From an uncultured archaeon (GTDB lineage: Archaea > Thermoplasmatota > Penumbrarchaeia > JASLWR01): 64,000 nucleotides of DNA. The position numbers were made by a program, and so were the translations under genes. Positions 11,188 through 20,566 of the stretch are shown here, piece by piece (the first letter of the stretch is position 1; the number at the start of each line of letters is the position of its first letter). The DNA is taken from positions 67,623-131,622 of the forward strand of contig CAYSHM010000007.1 in assembly GCA_964430885.1 (NCBI GenBank), in the 5' to 3' direction. A model generated the notes under the pieces. It saw only the letters and a program-made list of their open reading frames with translations, was not told where the DNA came from and ran no database searches.

Positions 11188-11355
11188 AATAACTGCTATC
11201 CGTGAAGCGATAAATATAAATTAGGCCATGTGAAGGACCGCATCTTTATCAATTACAGAGGGATCAATGGTTCAGCCAAATATGAAATAGGGCATTCGGA
11301 TCTAATGGTAAATATATACTTAGGTTTGCGACTGAGATGTCAAAAATAAATGATT

Positions 11356-11541
11356 TCACATCATGTCATCATCAAAATCTACATCCTCGAACTCTTCCAG
11401 CAGATCATTGATCAATTCCTTGAGCATATTCTCATAATTGGATCCCCTGTATTCCCTAATCCCTCCCAGGTCAGACTGAACTTTGCTGACAATATCTTCG
11501 TCCTCTCTGTATATTTCTATGGTTACGAGTGATTCTTCCAC
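11356..11541 (-). CDS. Small acidic hypothetical protein (61 aa)
   Basis: Stand-alone ORF with a strong SD (GGAGGT) before GTG; protein-like beta-beta-alpha pattern. Confidence 0.65.
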   Translation of the reverse strand: MEESLVTIEIYREDEDIVSKVQSDLGGIREYRGSNYENMLKELINDLLEEFEDVDFDDDMM

Positions 11542-12102
11542 AGAATACCTCCTGAATGATGTCTAATTCATTTTTGATAGTTTAAGATCCATACAATCAT
11601 GTATAATGATCCAAATTTAAATTTAAGCTGATATCCATAATGATGAAGTGTCCATCCCGGATTCATCTATTTTTGACCCATTATTAGAAAGTAGTATTTT
11701 CCTTTTATGGTATTATTTCCTGGCAGTTTCATTGAAACAAATCCCTTTTTTCCCCTCCCTAATTCAATTTGCGGACAGAATGAAGCTATTTCCTAACGGA
11801 TTTGGATAATAATTGCAGAGCGGAATATTCTGAAAGGGTGATTATAAAAACATATGCTGCAGTTTAGGCAGTATAGCCCTGGGCCAAGAAGTTGAGATTT
11901 CTGCTCAAATACAATTAATTGGATATAATTAAGTAGTAATTCATAACTATATATCTGAATTTTTATACCTAATATGATCCAGGAACATTATCCGAGAATT
12001 GAAAGCAGCGATAATACAAAATCAATACCGTTCCGTCGTAGTTTCCGACATAAATTGGAAATATATCCATATTGACCGAAACCAATACCTCAGAGTGATC
12101 CC

Positions 12103-13728
12103 ATGGATCGAAAAGAGAAAAAAAAACCTGTCAAGAAAAGGAAACCTCTGGTTTCTCTTAGAACAATATTGTTCTGGGTCATACTCTTATTAATTTTATC
12201 CGCGGGGATCATAAGCGGGATCCTGATCTGGGGGCCTTCTGACAACAAAGGCCAAATGTCTGCATACGGATCCTCCTGGAACGATGTGTCAAATTTCAGA
12301 AAATCCATATCCGAAATGGGTGTTGGAGTAAATAACATAGTATCCTCGCCTATGCTTCTGGATACACTGAACAATACAATGGAGATCCACAACACATTGT
12401 TCATCTCTTTGGGAGTGGAAAAGGAGTATACCCTCAGCGAAGCCTGGTCCATCTACAAATTCTTCCTAAACGGCGGCAAGATAATAATTGCCGATGATTT
12501 CGGTTATGGAAACTCCATCTCCAACAAGGATTTCAGCGGTGGATGGGATGGATTCGGACTGGAATTTTCCAATGCTCCTCTGTATGATGGCAGATATGTT
12601 AAAAACCCGCTGTTCGTAACTATTCCCATCAACTCCATGGACTTCGATTATGATTTCAAGGGAACCTACCTTTTCACCTTGAACAGTGAGTACAGCATCT
12701 ATCTGGCCAACGGACCAATCATTCCCGAGCTCAAGAACGTCATAATAAAAAATGGATTGCAGATCGCCAATGAAGCAAAGGTAACCAAGGTAGGGGAGAG
12801 CACCTGGCAGATTACAGATGTGGACCTTTACAACCATTACAGGGAATACAGGCTTGAATTAACGGCGGAAGGTGTTGAGGTTTATTCTTACACAGTTGTA
12901 CTCAACAAACCGTCAGCCTTTGTTCCGTCAAGAGGAAAAACCAAAAACGTCCTCGCCACTTCATCAGGTTTCGATATAGAGGACAATTTTCCTTTGTCCT
13001 GGCTGGACAAGAACGGCAATGGAGAACGGGATATTGCGGAATCCACCGATGCCCGGAGGTATCCCGGTGGATACCCCCTCATGTATGAGCTCACCTCCAT
13101 AAGTGATGACGGAAAAAGAGGGAAAGCTCTTTTCATATCTGACCCGTCCCTTTTCATAAACGACATGTGGGAATTCAATGAGGGGTTCTGTGAGGATCTG
13201 GTAAGGTACATGCTGGGAGAAGAGGAGCTGGAAAACGGGGATTACAATGTAGTGTTTGATGAATCCAGACATTTCCCGAATAACGTCGTCACCTCCTTCA
13301 GACAGGAATTGTACTTCACTTTGGTTTTCCTCTTTACAGAAACAAATCTGCGGATCCTTACACCTGTGATAATAATCATGTTCCTTCTGGTTGTGATAAT
13401 CGCTGTGGACGACCCTCTACGAAGGAGGCATATTTACAATATCAGACATAAGACCATTTACAACCTGCATAATCAGAACATCAGAAGCGGAGACTCCAAC
13501 CGCATTAGGCATTTGCTTTTGGAAAAGGTAAGGCTGGCCCTTGGAGTATCTAAGGAAGATTTCAGACAGATTAATACCCGACGATTGAAGATGCTTCTTA
13601 ATGACGATGAGCTCATCCAATTTCTCCTGGGCCCGAGACAAAACCTTGAGGACAGGGAACTTGAGGACATTCTAATAAAAATAAGGGATTGGATTCCCGG
13701 AAGGGACGGTGATTATTATCTGGACTAA
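12103..13728 (+). CDS. DUF4350-like (GATase-fold) membrane-anchored protein
   Basis: N-terminal TM; 'EKEYTLSEAWSIYKFFLNGGKIIIADDFGYGNSI', 'LFISDPSLFINDM' and 'VVFDESRH' motifs typical of archaeal DUF4350 proteins; second TM near the C-terminus. Confidence 0.75.
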   Translation: MDRKEKKKPVKKRKPLVSLRTILFWVILLLILSAGIISGILIWGPSDNKGQMSAYGSSWNDVSNFRKSISEMGVGVNNIVSSPMLLDTLNNTMEIHNTLFISLGVEKEYTLSEAWSIYKFFLNGGKIIIADDFGYGNSISNKDFSGGWDGFGLEFSNAPLYDGRYVKNPLFVTIPINSMDFDYDFKGTYLFTLNSEYSIYLANGPIIPELKNVIIKNGLQIANEAKVTKVGESTWQITDVDLYNHYREYRLELTAEGVEVYSYTVVLNKPSAFVPSRGKTKNVLATSSGFDIEDNFPLSWLDKNGNGERDIAESTDARRYPGGYPLMYELTSISDDGKRGKALFISDPSLFINDMWEFNEGFCEDLVRYMLGEEELENGDYNVVFDESRHFPNNVVTSFRQELYFTLVFLFTETNLRILTPVIIIMFLLVVIIAVDDPLRRRHIYNIRHKTIYNLHNQNIRSGDSNRIRHLLLEKVRLALGVSKEDFRQINTRRLKMLLNDDELIQFLLGPRQNLEDRELEDILIKIRDWIPGRDGDYYLD

Positions 13729-14962
13729 GAAAGGAATTATCATCGCTTCCCTGGCCTTCTCCCTTGCAGCCGTGGGTATCGTGACCCAATCGGTGCTCTT
13801 CATAATAACATCAATACTTTTTTCAAGCATTCTTTTCATTTCCTACGCCTCTCTAACTGAGAACCTAATAATAAAAAGAATAGTATACCATCCTAAGATA
13901 TTTGAGGAAGATGTGGCGGATATCGGTCTGGAGATCGGCAATAAAGGGTTCTTCACCAGCCTAGTTGAGGTGTATGATAAACTCCCCAAATCATTTTTGC
14001 TTGTGGAGGGAAAGAACAACATAGTTATGAGGCTGAAGCGGGGCGAGACCGCAAAGGTCATCTATTCCATATCATCCCCTCTAAGGGGATTTTACAACCT
14101 CGGTCCCATCTTCGTGAGATCCCATGACATGTTCGGCATATTCCACAGGGAAAGAGAGATCAATATGCTCTCCTCTATGACAATATATCCCCGGATCGTG
14201 GAGATGAAACACCTCAAGGTTAGTACAAAATACAAGAAGATTAATCCCGGATCTGTGGTCATGAGAACCCTTGGGAAGGGCATGGATTTCCACTCAATAC
14301 GTGATTATGTGACTTCAGACCCCTTTAACAGGATCAACTGGAAAGCCTCGGCCAGGAAGAGAAAGCTCATGGTGAACCAGTATGAACTTGAGGACGTATA
14401 TGACCTCATGATATTCATCGATGCCCGTCACATAACAAGGATTGGTACACCGGTGGATAATCCGTTGGAGCATGCAGTGAAGGCCGCCGCTTCATTGGCC
14501 AATATCGCTGTAAGAAAGATGAACCGGGTGGGTTTGGTCACCTATGGGTCCGATATTAAGGTTATACCCCCTGGTAATTCTGCCACCCATATGGAAACTA
14601 TTCTAGCCAGTCTCACAAGCACATACTCCAAGGGGAAGAGGACATTCAAGGACGCCCTTGATATCAGCATGCCCTATCTGACGCCGAAATCCCCCATAAT
14701 AATTATCACACCCATTCAGAACGATAATACCATAAATGACGCATTGGAGATAATGATCACAAAAGGATACCAGGTTTGTCTGATATCGCCCTCACTTATC
14801 GATTTTGAAAGGCATATTATGGGACGTTATTCGCCCAAGTACCTACTAGTGAAGATGGAGCGACATAATCAGCTGGCTACCATAAAAGGACTCGGTGCTG
14901 ATGTCATCGATTGGACCCCCGAAAGACCCCTGCAGAACATAATACAGGAGGTGGGCTTTTGA
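13709..14962 (+). CDS. DUF58 (vWA-like) domain protein
   Basis: 'RGFYNLGP', 'G.DFHSIRDY...DPFNRINWKASARK.KLMVNQYE', 'IFIDAR', 'RVGL'; two N-terminal TM helices. Confidence 0.9.
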   Translation: MIIIWTKKGIIIASLAFSLAAVGIVTQSVLFIITSILFSSILFISYASLTENLIIKRIVYHPKIFEEDVADIGLEIGNKGFFTSLVEVYDKLPKSFLLVEGKNNIVMRLKRGETAKVIYSISSPLRGFYNLGPIFVRSHDMFGIFHREREINMLSSMTIYPRIVEMKHLKVSTKYKKINPGSVVMRTLGKGMDFHSIRDYVTSDPFNRINWKASARKRKLMVNQYELEDVYDLMIFIDARHITRIGTPVDNPLEHAVKAAASLANIAVRKMNRVGLVTYGSDIKVIPPGNSATHMETILASLTSTYSKGKRTFKDALDISMPYLTPKSPIIIITPIQNDNTINDALEIMITKGYQVCLISPSLIDFERHIMGRYSPKYLLVKMERHNQLATIKGLGADVIDWTPERPLQNIIQEVGF

Positions 14963-16659
14963 GCCGGGACCGACGATCAGGACGCTACAGCACCCGAAGG
15001 GGCAGGGACAGGGATTCAGATATCAATTGGACCGAGGACGAGGCATATTCAACTGAGGAGTACTGGTTGAGCGATGCAGGGGAGGATGATTGGTTCGATG
15101 ATGATGACGAATATCTTCCTTCTAGATCATCCGTAAGGGGAACTCAAAGGGGTAGAGACCAATGGGAGAATATTCCTGATCAGAAAGGGGAGGAATATGA
15201 AGGGAAAGAAACGGATGAATGGCTCGGCTCCCGGTCATATGATGATAATGATTTCGAATATTATAGGGCCGCCAAGCAAGAGGAATACTCTCAGGCCCCT
15301 GGCGTTCAATACTATGAACCGGGGCGGCATCGGGTTTCCCCACGAAGATTCCCAGGCAGACTGAGTGATGTCAGATCCAGGAGAGAAGAGGATCACTACA
15401 TTGATTATGATGAGCCAGTCTACCAGGAAAGCTACCATAGCCCTACCAAAAATGACCTTCTGGATACATCAGACATTCCAGTGCAGTGGGACTCGGAGTC
15501 CGATGAGGAAGAGTTATATTGGGATGAAGGTCTTTATGAGGAATACAGTCTAGGGGGAGATGAGGCCGTAGTAGTTGAACCCTATGAAGAATCCATCAGA
15601 AAAGGCGGCCTTAAAGCACTAATGAGGGTTTTCTACAAACCCCATATCGTGGACAATTTCGGCTCATTCATATTTTCAATGAACATTATAGCAACTTGCA
15701 GTCTGTTCCTTCTATTTATCATGTCCTCCAATCTGGGGGAGGAGGTTATCGACGGCCTTAGTGATCTATCCAACGGTGCTATTGTTACATTGCCAATATT
15801 TCATACGGCAGTCATCGGTATCTTTATGGGTCTGGGACTAACCATTTTCCTGAAGCTTAAAAACAGAATTAAACGAATATTGGGTTTCGGTTTACTGATC
15901 CTGCTAGGTGCAGTACTGCTGCTGTTGCCACTATTAACATTCCTTACCGGATTCGGCTTGGACAAGAGCCTAGACCAATTCCTGGGCATGACTATGTTCC
16001 TGGGAAAGGTAATGGTAGTGCTCATCTATATGTCTCCAGCCATATTGGGGACGTTCTCCATTTGGTCCAGAAAGGCACCTTGGCTGCTGTCCATGAGCGG
16101 AGTAATTGTGTTGCTTTCAATCGTAATCATATCAAACATTATTCAGATCAACGAAGACGGGAATATAAACGACAGCGGAGTAAATCTATTCGTATTCTTC
16201 CTTTATGCCGTTACACTGTATCTATATATCGAAACCCAGGCCTCCTCTGTCAAATACTATAAATTGGCCGAGGAAATAAATGAACCTAGAAACTCCGACA
16301 GGGTGAGATATTTCAGATATGCCCTGTCCTCATACTTCTACCATTTGATCTACCTTCTAGTACCCAGTATTATCGTGGCTTTGCTGATTATGAACCGGGC
16401 TGTCTTTATTGGGGCCATAGGATCACGGAGATTGGCTGAAAGCCTTGAGGTAAACTCCTTCCTGGGACTTATGGTGTCAACTATCCTCCTGTTCTCTATT
16501 CTGGCCCTTTTTGTGATAGTTTGGAGGAGACGACAACCGCTTATCAAATTATACAGGACCCTGAAAGTGAGCATTACTGGCATGGGTAAGAGAAGGAAGG
16601 AGCTTGCGGAAACCAGAAAGGAAATCAGAAGGCTCAAACAGCTTGAGCGGACCATGTAA
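14959..16659 (+). CDS. Polytopic membrane protein with long acidic/aromatic disordered N-terminus and basic coiled-coil C-terminus
   Basis: SD GGAGGTG precedes TTG at 14959, which overlaps the DUF58 stop (TTGA). About 210 aa of D/E/Y/W/R-rich sequence, then about 8 hydrophobic helices. Confidence 0.75.
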   Translation: MSRDRRSGRYSTRRGRDRDSDINWTEDEAYSTEEYWLSDAGEDDWFDDDDEYLPSRSSVRGTQRGRDQWENIPDQKGEEYEGKETDEWLGSRSYDDNDFEYYRAAKQEEYSQAPGVQYYEPGRHRVSPRRFPGRLSDVRSRREEDHYIDYDEPVYQESYHSPTKNDLLDTSDIPVQWDSESDEEELYWDEGLYEEYSLGGDEAVVVEPYEESIRKGGLKALMRVFYKPHIVDNFGSFIFSMNIIATCSLFLLFIMSSNLGEEVIDGLSDLSNGAIVTLPIFHTAVIGIFMGLGLTIFLKLKNRIKRILGFGLLILLGAVLLLLPLLTFLTGFGLDKSLDQFLGMTMFLGKVMVVLIYMSPAILGTFSIWSRKAPWLLSMSGVIVLLSIVIISNIIQINEDGNINDSGVNLFVFFLYAVTLYLYIETQASSVKYYKLAEEINEPRNSDRVRYFRYALSSYFYHLIYLLVPSIIVALLIMNRAVFIGAIGSRRLAESLEVNSFLGLMVSTILLFSILALFVIVWRRRQPLIKLYRTLKVSITGMGKRRKELAETRKEIRRLKQLERTM

Positions 16660-16773
16660 ACCAGATGGAACTCCGGCTTAAGGATTTTTGAAAAACGCAA
16701 GGTTAGAGCTCTGAATATAATCCTCAGATTAGTTTCGATAATATGACTAATAATAGTATTAACAATGGTATTA

Positions 16774-18273
16774 TTAAGAATTGCGTTTGAAGATGGTGCC
16801 TTCCTTGAGGTCCTGAAGCTCAACTCCTAATTCGGCCAGACCATCCCGGATCCTGTCTGACAATTCCCATTTCCTTTCTTTCCGGAGAGCCGTACGGATG
16901 TCGATCAACAGCTCAACAAGATCATCTTCTAATCCGGCCGAGTCAGGACTTTCATCATCCAGAGCTCTGGAATCAAGTATCATTTCAAAGGTGAAACCTA
17001 AGATACCGAGATGATTCTCCAATTCTCTGAAGATCGTTTTCATTTCCTTGGGGTCCACCGAATCGTTCACACCTTTATTCAGAAGCCGGCACATATTGAA
17101 AACCGCTGCAATAGCTTCCCTGGTATTGAAATCCTCATTCATAGAACTGATGAAATCCTTCGCATAACCCATCCCCTGAGAGATGAAAGCTGTTGAATCC
17201 TGGGATGTGTCCGCGGAAGAGGTAGAGTTAATCGGGGATATTTGAGCTTCCGAATCCTTTTCTTTTACCGTTATCTGATCCAAATACCTTCTGACTGTGA
17301 TTATGGTGTTCCTGATACGTTCCAGTGAGCGGGTGGCTTCTTCCAGATGTTCATCGCAAAAATCTATTGGACGCCTGTAATGGGTATAGGACAGGAAAAA
17401 ACGAAGGACCGCCGGAGAGTACTTTTTCAGCACATCCCTTATTGTAAAGAAATTACCCAATGACTTAGACATCTTCTCACTGTTGATGGTTACAAAACCG
17501 TTATGAAGCCAATACCTGCAGAATGCCTGACCAGTATAGCATTCAGACTGAAGTATCTCACTCTCGTGGTGTGGGAAAATGAGGTCCCTGCCTCCGCCGT
17601 GAATATCAAGTGTAGGCCCTATGATATTGGTGGACATTGTAGAGCATTCTATATGCCATCCAGGGCGTCCTTTCCCCCAGGGAGAGTCCCAAAATATCTC
17701 CTCTCCTTGGGAACTCTTCCACAGGGCGAAATCCTTGGGATGCCGTTTCTCGGGATTAATATCGACCCGGGCTCCGTCCATCATATCCTCCAAAGGCTGG
17801 CGGGTCAGGGTCCCAACCTTGTCAGAAGCGGATTCCACTGAAAAATAGACATTGCCGTTGACCTCGTAGGCGAAATCGGATTGGATCAGGCCCTGAATTA
17901 CATCTATCATCTCGGGCACTGTCTCTGATGCATAAGGATGATGGGTTCCGTCCCTGACCCCCAACATCTTCATGTCGGTATAATATTCATCAATGTAATG
18001 ATGCGCTAATTCAAGGGGTGCCATTCCCTTTTCCCTAGCCCGGTTGATTATCTTATCGTCAACATCCGTGAAGTTCTGAACATAATTAACCTCATAACCC
18101 AGATACTCCAGATAGCGTCTGATGATATCAAAGGCCACATATACCCTGGCATGACCCACGTGGCAGAGGTCGTACGTAGTGGGGCCGCACACATACATAC
18201 CTACCTTCCCAGGTATCTGCGGTACGAACTCTTCCATCTCTCTGCTTGCAGTATTAAAAACTCTCAAACCCAT
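16774..18273 (-). CDS. cysS: Cysteine--tRNA ligase
   Basis: MYVCGPTTYD..HVGHAR, NFTDVDDKII, DFALWK, GRPGWHIECS, DIHGGG.DL.FPHHE, KMSKS; SD AGGTGAGG before ATG at 18273. Confidence 0.98.
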   Translation of the reverse strand: MGLRVFNTASREMEEFVPQIPGKVGMYVCGPTTYDLCHVGHARVYVAFDIIRRYLEYLGYEVNYVQNFTDVDDKIINRAREKGMAPLELAHHYIDEYYTDMKMLGVRDGTHHPYASETVPEMIDVIQGLIQSDFAYEVNGNVYFSVESASDKVGTLTRQPLEDMMDGARVDINPEKRHPKDFALWKSSQGEEIFWDSPWGKGRPGWHIECSTMSTNIIGPTLDIHGGGRDLIFPHHESEILQSECYTGQAFCRYWLHNGFVTINSEKMSKSLGNFFTIRDVLKKYSPAVLRFFLSYTHYRRPIDFCDEHLEEATRSLERIRNTIITVRRYLDQITVKEKDSEAQISPINSTSSADTSQDSTAFISQGMGYAKDFISSMNEDFNTREAIAAVFNMCRLLNKGVNDSVDPKEMKTIFRELENHLGILGFTFEMILDSRALDDESPDSAGLEDDLVELLIDIRTALRKERKWELSDRIRDGLAELGVELQDLKEGTIFKRNS

Positions 18274-18448
18274 ATTCCTCACCTGTATTTACTCATGAAT
18301 GGCGAAACTCTAACAGGAACAATATCACACCGATTATATAACTATTTTTCATCACTACTGGTATCAAATTAGTATTTAAACGGAGAATTTGTCATTCACA
18401 TACTTACTTTTTAATAAGCAAAACTTTATTACATCACCGGTGCCTCAT

Positions 18449-18886
18449 TTGAACGAAAATATCTCCGCTAATAAATGCCCTTTCTGCTGTATATACAAGG
18501 ATTTCATTGAAAGAAGACAAGATGAGAAGGGCAACACAACGAAAAGGGATGTTCTCATAGACCGCGGAAGATTCTTTGTTATTTTCGACAGTTTCCCTGC
18601 TTCACCTGGACATATGCTGATAATAACAAAGGACCACCGTAGAGATTTTTTTCAGTTGACAGAGGACGAACTAAGGGAATTGGGGAAGATCATAGTGAAG
18701 GCTAAATTGTTCCTTGAGGAAAACGGTCATTCTCCTGATGGATACAATGTTGGAATGAACTGCGGAAGGTATGCAGGCCAAACAGTCATGCATTTTCACT
18801 GCCATCTCATTCCGAGATATAAAGGGGACGTGGATGACCCGCGGGGCGGTGTCAGATACTGTATACCCCATAAGGGTAAATATTGA
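18449..18886 (+). CDS. HIT family nucleotide hydrolase
   Basis: CPFC, PGHMLII, GYNVG.N.G..AGQTV.HFHCHLIPRY.GD.DPRGGVR. The start is uncertain (TTG 18449 or 18389). Confidence 0.92.
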   Translation: MNENISANKCPFCCIYKDFIERRQDEKGNTTKRDVLIDRGRFFVIFDSFPASPGHMLIITKDHRRDFFQLTEDELRELGKIIVKAKLFLEENGHSPDGYNVGMNCGRYAGQTVMHFHCHLIPRYKGDVDDPRGGVRYCIPHKGKY

Positions 18887-18889
18887 TGC

Positions 18890-19945
18890 CTATATAAGAA
18901 AATCCATATTCTCCACCGCTTCCAGGCTTCCGTATTCCTTTATTAGAACTTCCTGTATCGGTTCCATTAGGGAAACCAGGGTTTGAGCTACTGCCATCTT
19001 CAGGTCAAGTGGATGAAGATCGCCCTTTAGGTACGAGATTGTGAAATCTTCGAATGTTTCGTAGTGAATATCACCGCCCCATTTTTCAGGCCGTTTAATG
19101 TGAAATTCACCAGATTGGGGGAATATAATATATTTGAGGATGTCAACCACTGGGTTTCCCCTTATCTCATCGGCCGGGCAGAAGGCGGCTTTCAGCTTTT
19201 TCTCAAGTGATGCTTTGTCATCGTGGATGAAAAGACAGCTCTCGGCCTTGGATTTGGACATCTTACCCTCGACCATATCCATTCTGCCGCCGGAATCAAG
19301 GCCTGCTAATATGGGAGTATGCAGTGCCACTGGTTTATCCCACTTCAATTTTTCAGCAAGGTCCAATGCCAGCATGTGAGCGCGGCGCTGATCCAAACCA
19401 CCCAGGGCCAGATCCACGCCTAGCTGGAAAATGTCCGCCACCTGCATCGGCGGATAAAAGAACATCGATGCGTCCGCCTCGCTTTCCTCTTCGCTCCGGC
19501 CCATGATGGACATGGCTCTTTTCACACGGGCTAAACTGCAGTTCTTAGACATCTGGAACACTCTTTCCCAGTAGCTGTTCTTTATTATCAGCTCACTGGC
19601 GTACACAAAACTGTTCCTCTCCGTATCAACACCCAAGGCACCGAAGCATTTTTCCATATATTTCCCGCATTTTCTTATCTTTTCCATATCTCCGCCGAAC
19701 TTATCATTGATATAAGCGTGCCAATCCGCCAAATAAAGAATAACACTGAAACCACTATCGTTCAAATCCTTGATCTTGTTTGCAATTATTACCCATCCCA
19801 AATGCACCTTCCCAGAGGGTTCGAATCCGATGTAGGCTTTCCTCTTTTCCTTCTTGTTCAACAGTTCCCTGAGCTTCTCCTCGGTGACTACCTCTTCAGT
19901 ATTGGATAGTATCCGGGCAATCTGGTCCTCTATATCCATGTTCAT
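18890..19945 (-). CDS. tyrS: Tyrosine--tRNA ligase (archaeal type)
   Basis: AYIGFEPSG.VHLGW, LADWHA..N.K, YPPMQVADI, GGLDQR.AHML, KMSKS, LHPLDLK. Confidence 0.97.
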   Translation of the reverse strand: MNMDIEDQIARILSNTEEVVTEEKLRELLNKKEKRKAYIGFEPSGKVHLGWVIIANKIKDLNDSGFSVILYLADWHAYINDKFGGDMEKIRKCGKYMEKCFGALGVDTERNSFVYASELIIKNSYWERVFQMSKNCSLARVKRAMSIMGRSEEESEADASMFFYPPMQVADIFQLGVDLALGGLDQRRAHMLALDLAEKLKWDKPVALHTPILAGLDSGGRMDMVEGKMSKSKAESCLFIHDDKASLEKKLKAAFCPADEIRGNPVVDILKYIIFPQSGEFHIKRPEKWGGDIHYETFEDFTISYLKGDLHPLDLKMAVAQTLVSLMEPIQEVLIKEYGSLEAVENMDFLI

Positions 19946-20221
19946 TTTGCCTTCCCCTTTCCTTGTTTTACTTGCTTGTCTTAATTATGGTGTTCAGCAT
20001 TGATATTGTTTGTAAATATAACCCAATATAAAAAAGCTTTCTGTTATAATAGGTCTGCTTGTCTATCCCAAAAGGGTTTATTTCAAAATTGAAGGGCAAC
20101 AATATATAATAGGTGTATTGTTACAAGGAAAAAAATTCCATTTATGGTACCTGCAGCAGTATTGGGTTCACTCTAAATGGATTTACCAAAACGATTATAA
20201 GGCTTTGGAGGATTGAATCCT

Positions 20222-20527
20222 ATGGAGATATCAATAGATGAAGAGATCATCGAAAAACTACATAATTTTAAAAAAATATTCGATGATATAATGGAAGAGG
20301 ATACTGATTTCAATAAATATATCGAGATAGTTATATCCGAGGGTCTGGAAAAGATGCTTAGAGATATAATCCCTCCTGAACATGAATGGGACACCATTCG
20401 TGCAGCCTTCGAGGAAGATAACGAGTTCATGTCAACACTTATTAGAAACATCCTCATCAGAGGTGCCCAGATAGACGATGAGGAGAAGAAATTGATGAAA
20501 GAGAAGATGTCCGCATATATTCAATGA
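20222..20527 (+). CDS. Hypothetical protein (~101 aa), possible ribbon-helix-helix-like N-terminus
   Basis: SD GGAGGA upstream of ATG at 20222; intergenic ORF divergent from tyrS; 'MEISIDEEIIEKL' beta-alpha start. Confidence 0.7.
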   Translation: MEISIDEEIIEKLHNFKKIFDDIMEEDTDFNKYIEIVISEGLEKMLRDIIPPEHEWDTIRAAFEEDNEFMSTLIRNILIRGAQIDDEEKKLMKEKMSAYIQ

Positions 20528-20566
20528 ATATTTGTAATTTACTTTTATACAGTAGAAAAATTTTAT

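Noticed and set aside
11726-11738. GTTTCATTGAAAC, resembling the ends of a CRISPR repeat
   Set aside because: Single 13-nt occurrence, with no repeat-spacer periodicity and no cas genes.
11999-12193. 64-aa ORF upstream of and overlapping the DUF4350 gene
   Set aside because: No clear SD, it overlaps the real gene out of frame, and it shows no similarity to a MoxR remnant.
19818-19828. GGTTCGAATCC, a tRNA T-loop-like motif
   Set aside because: It lies inside tyrS (antisense of the GFEP codons) and has no cloverleaf around it.
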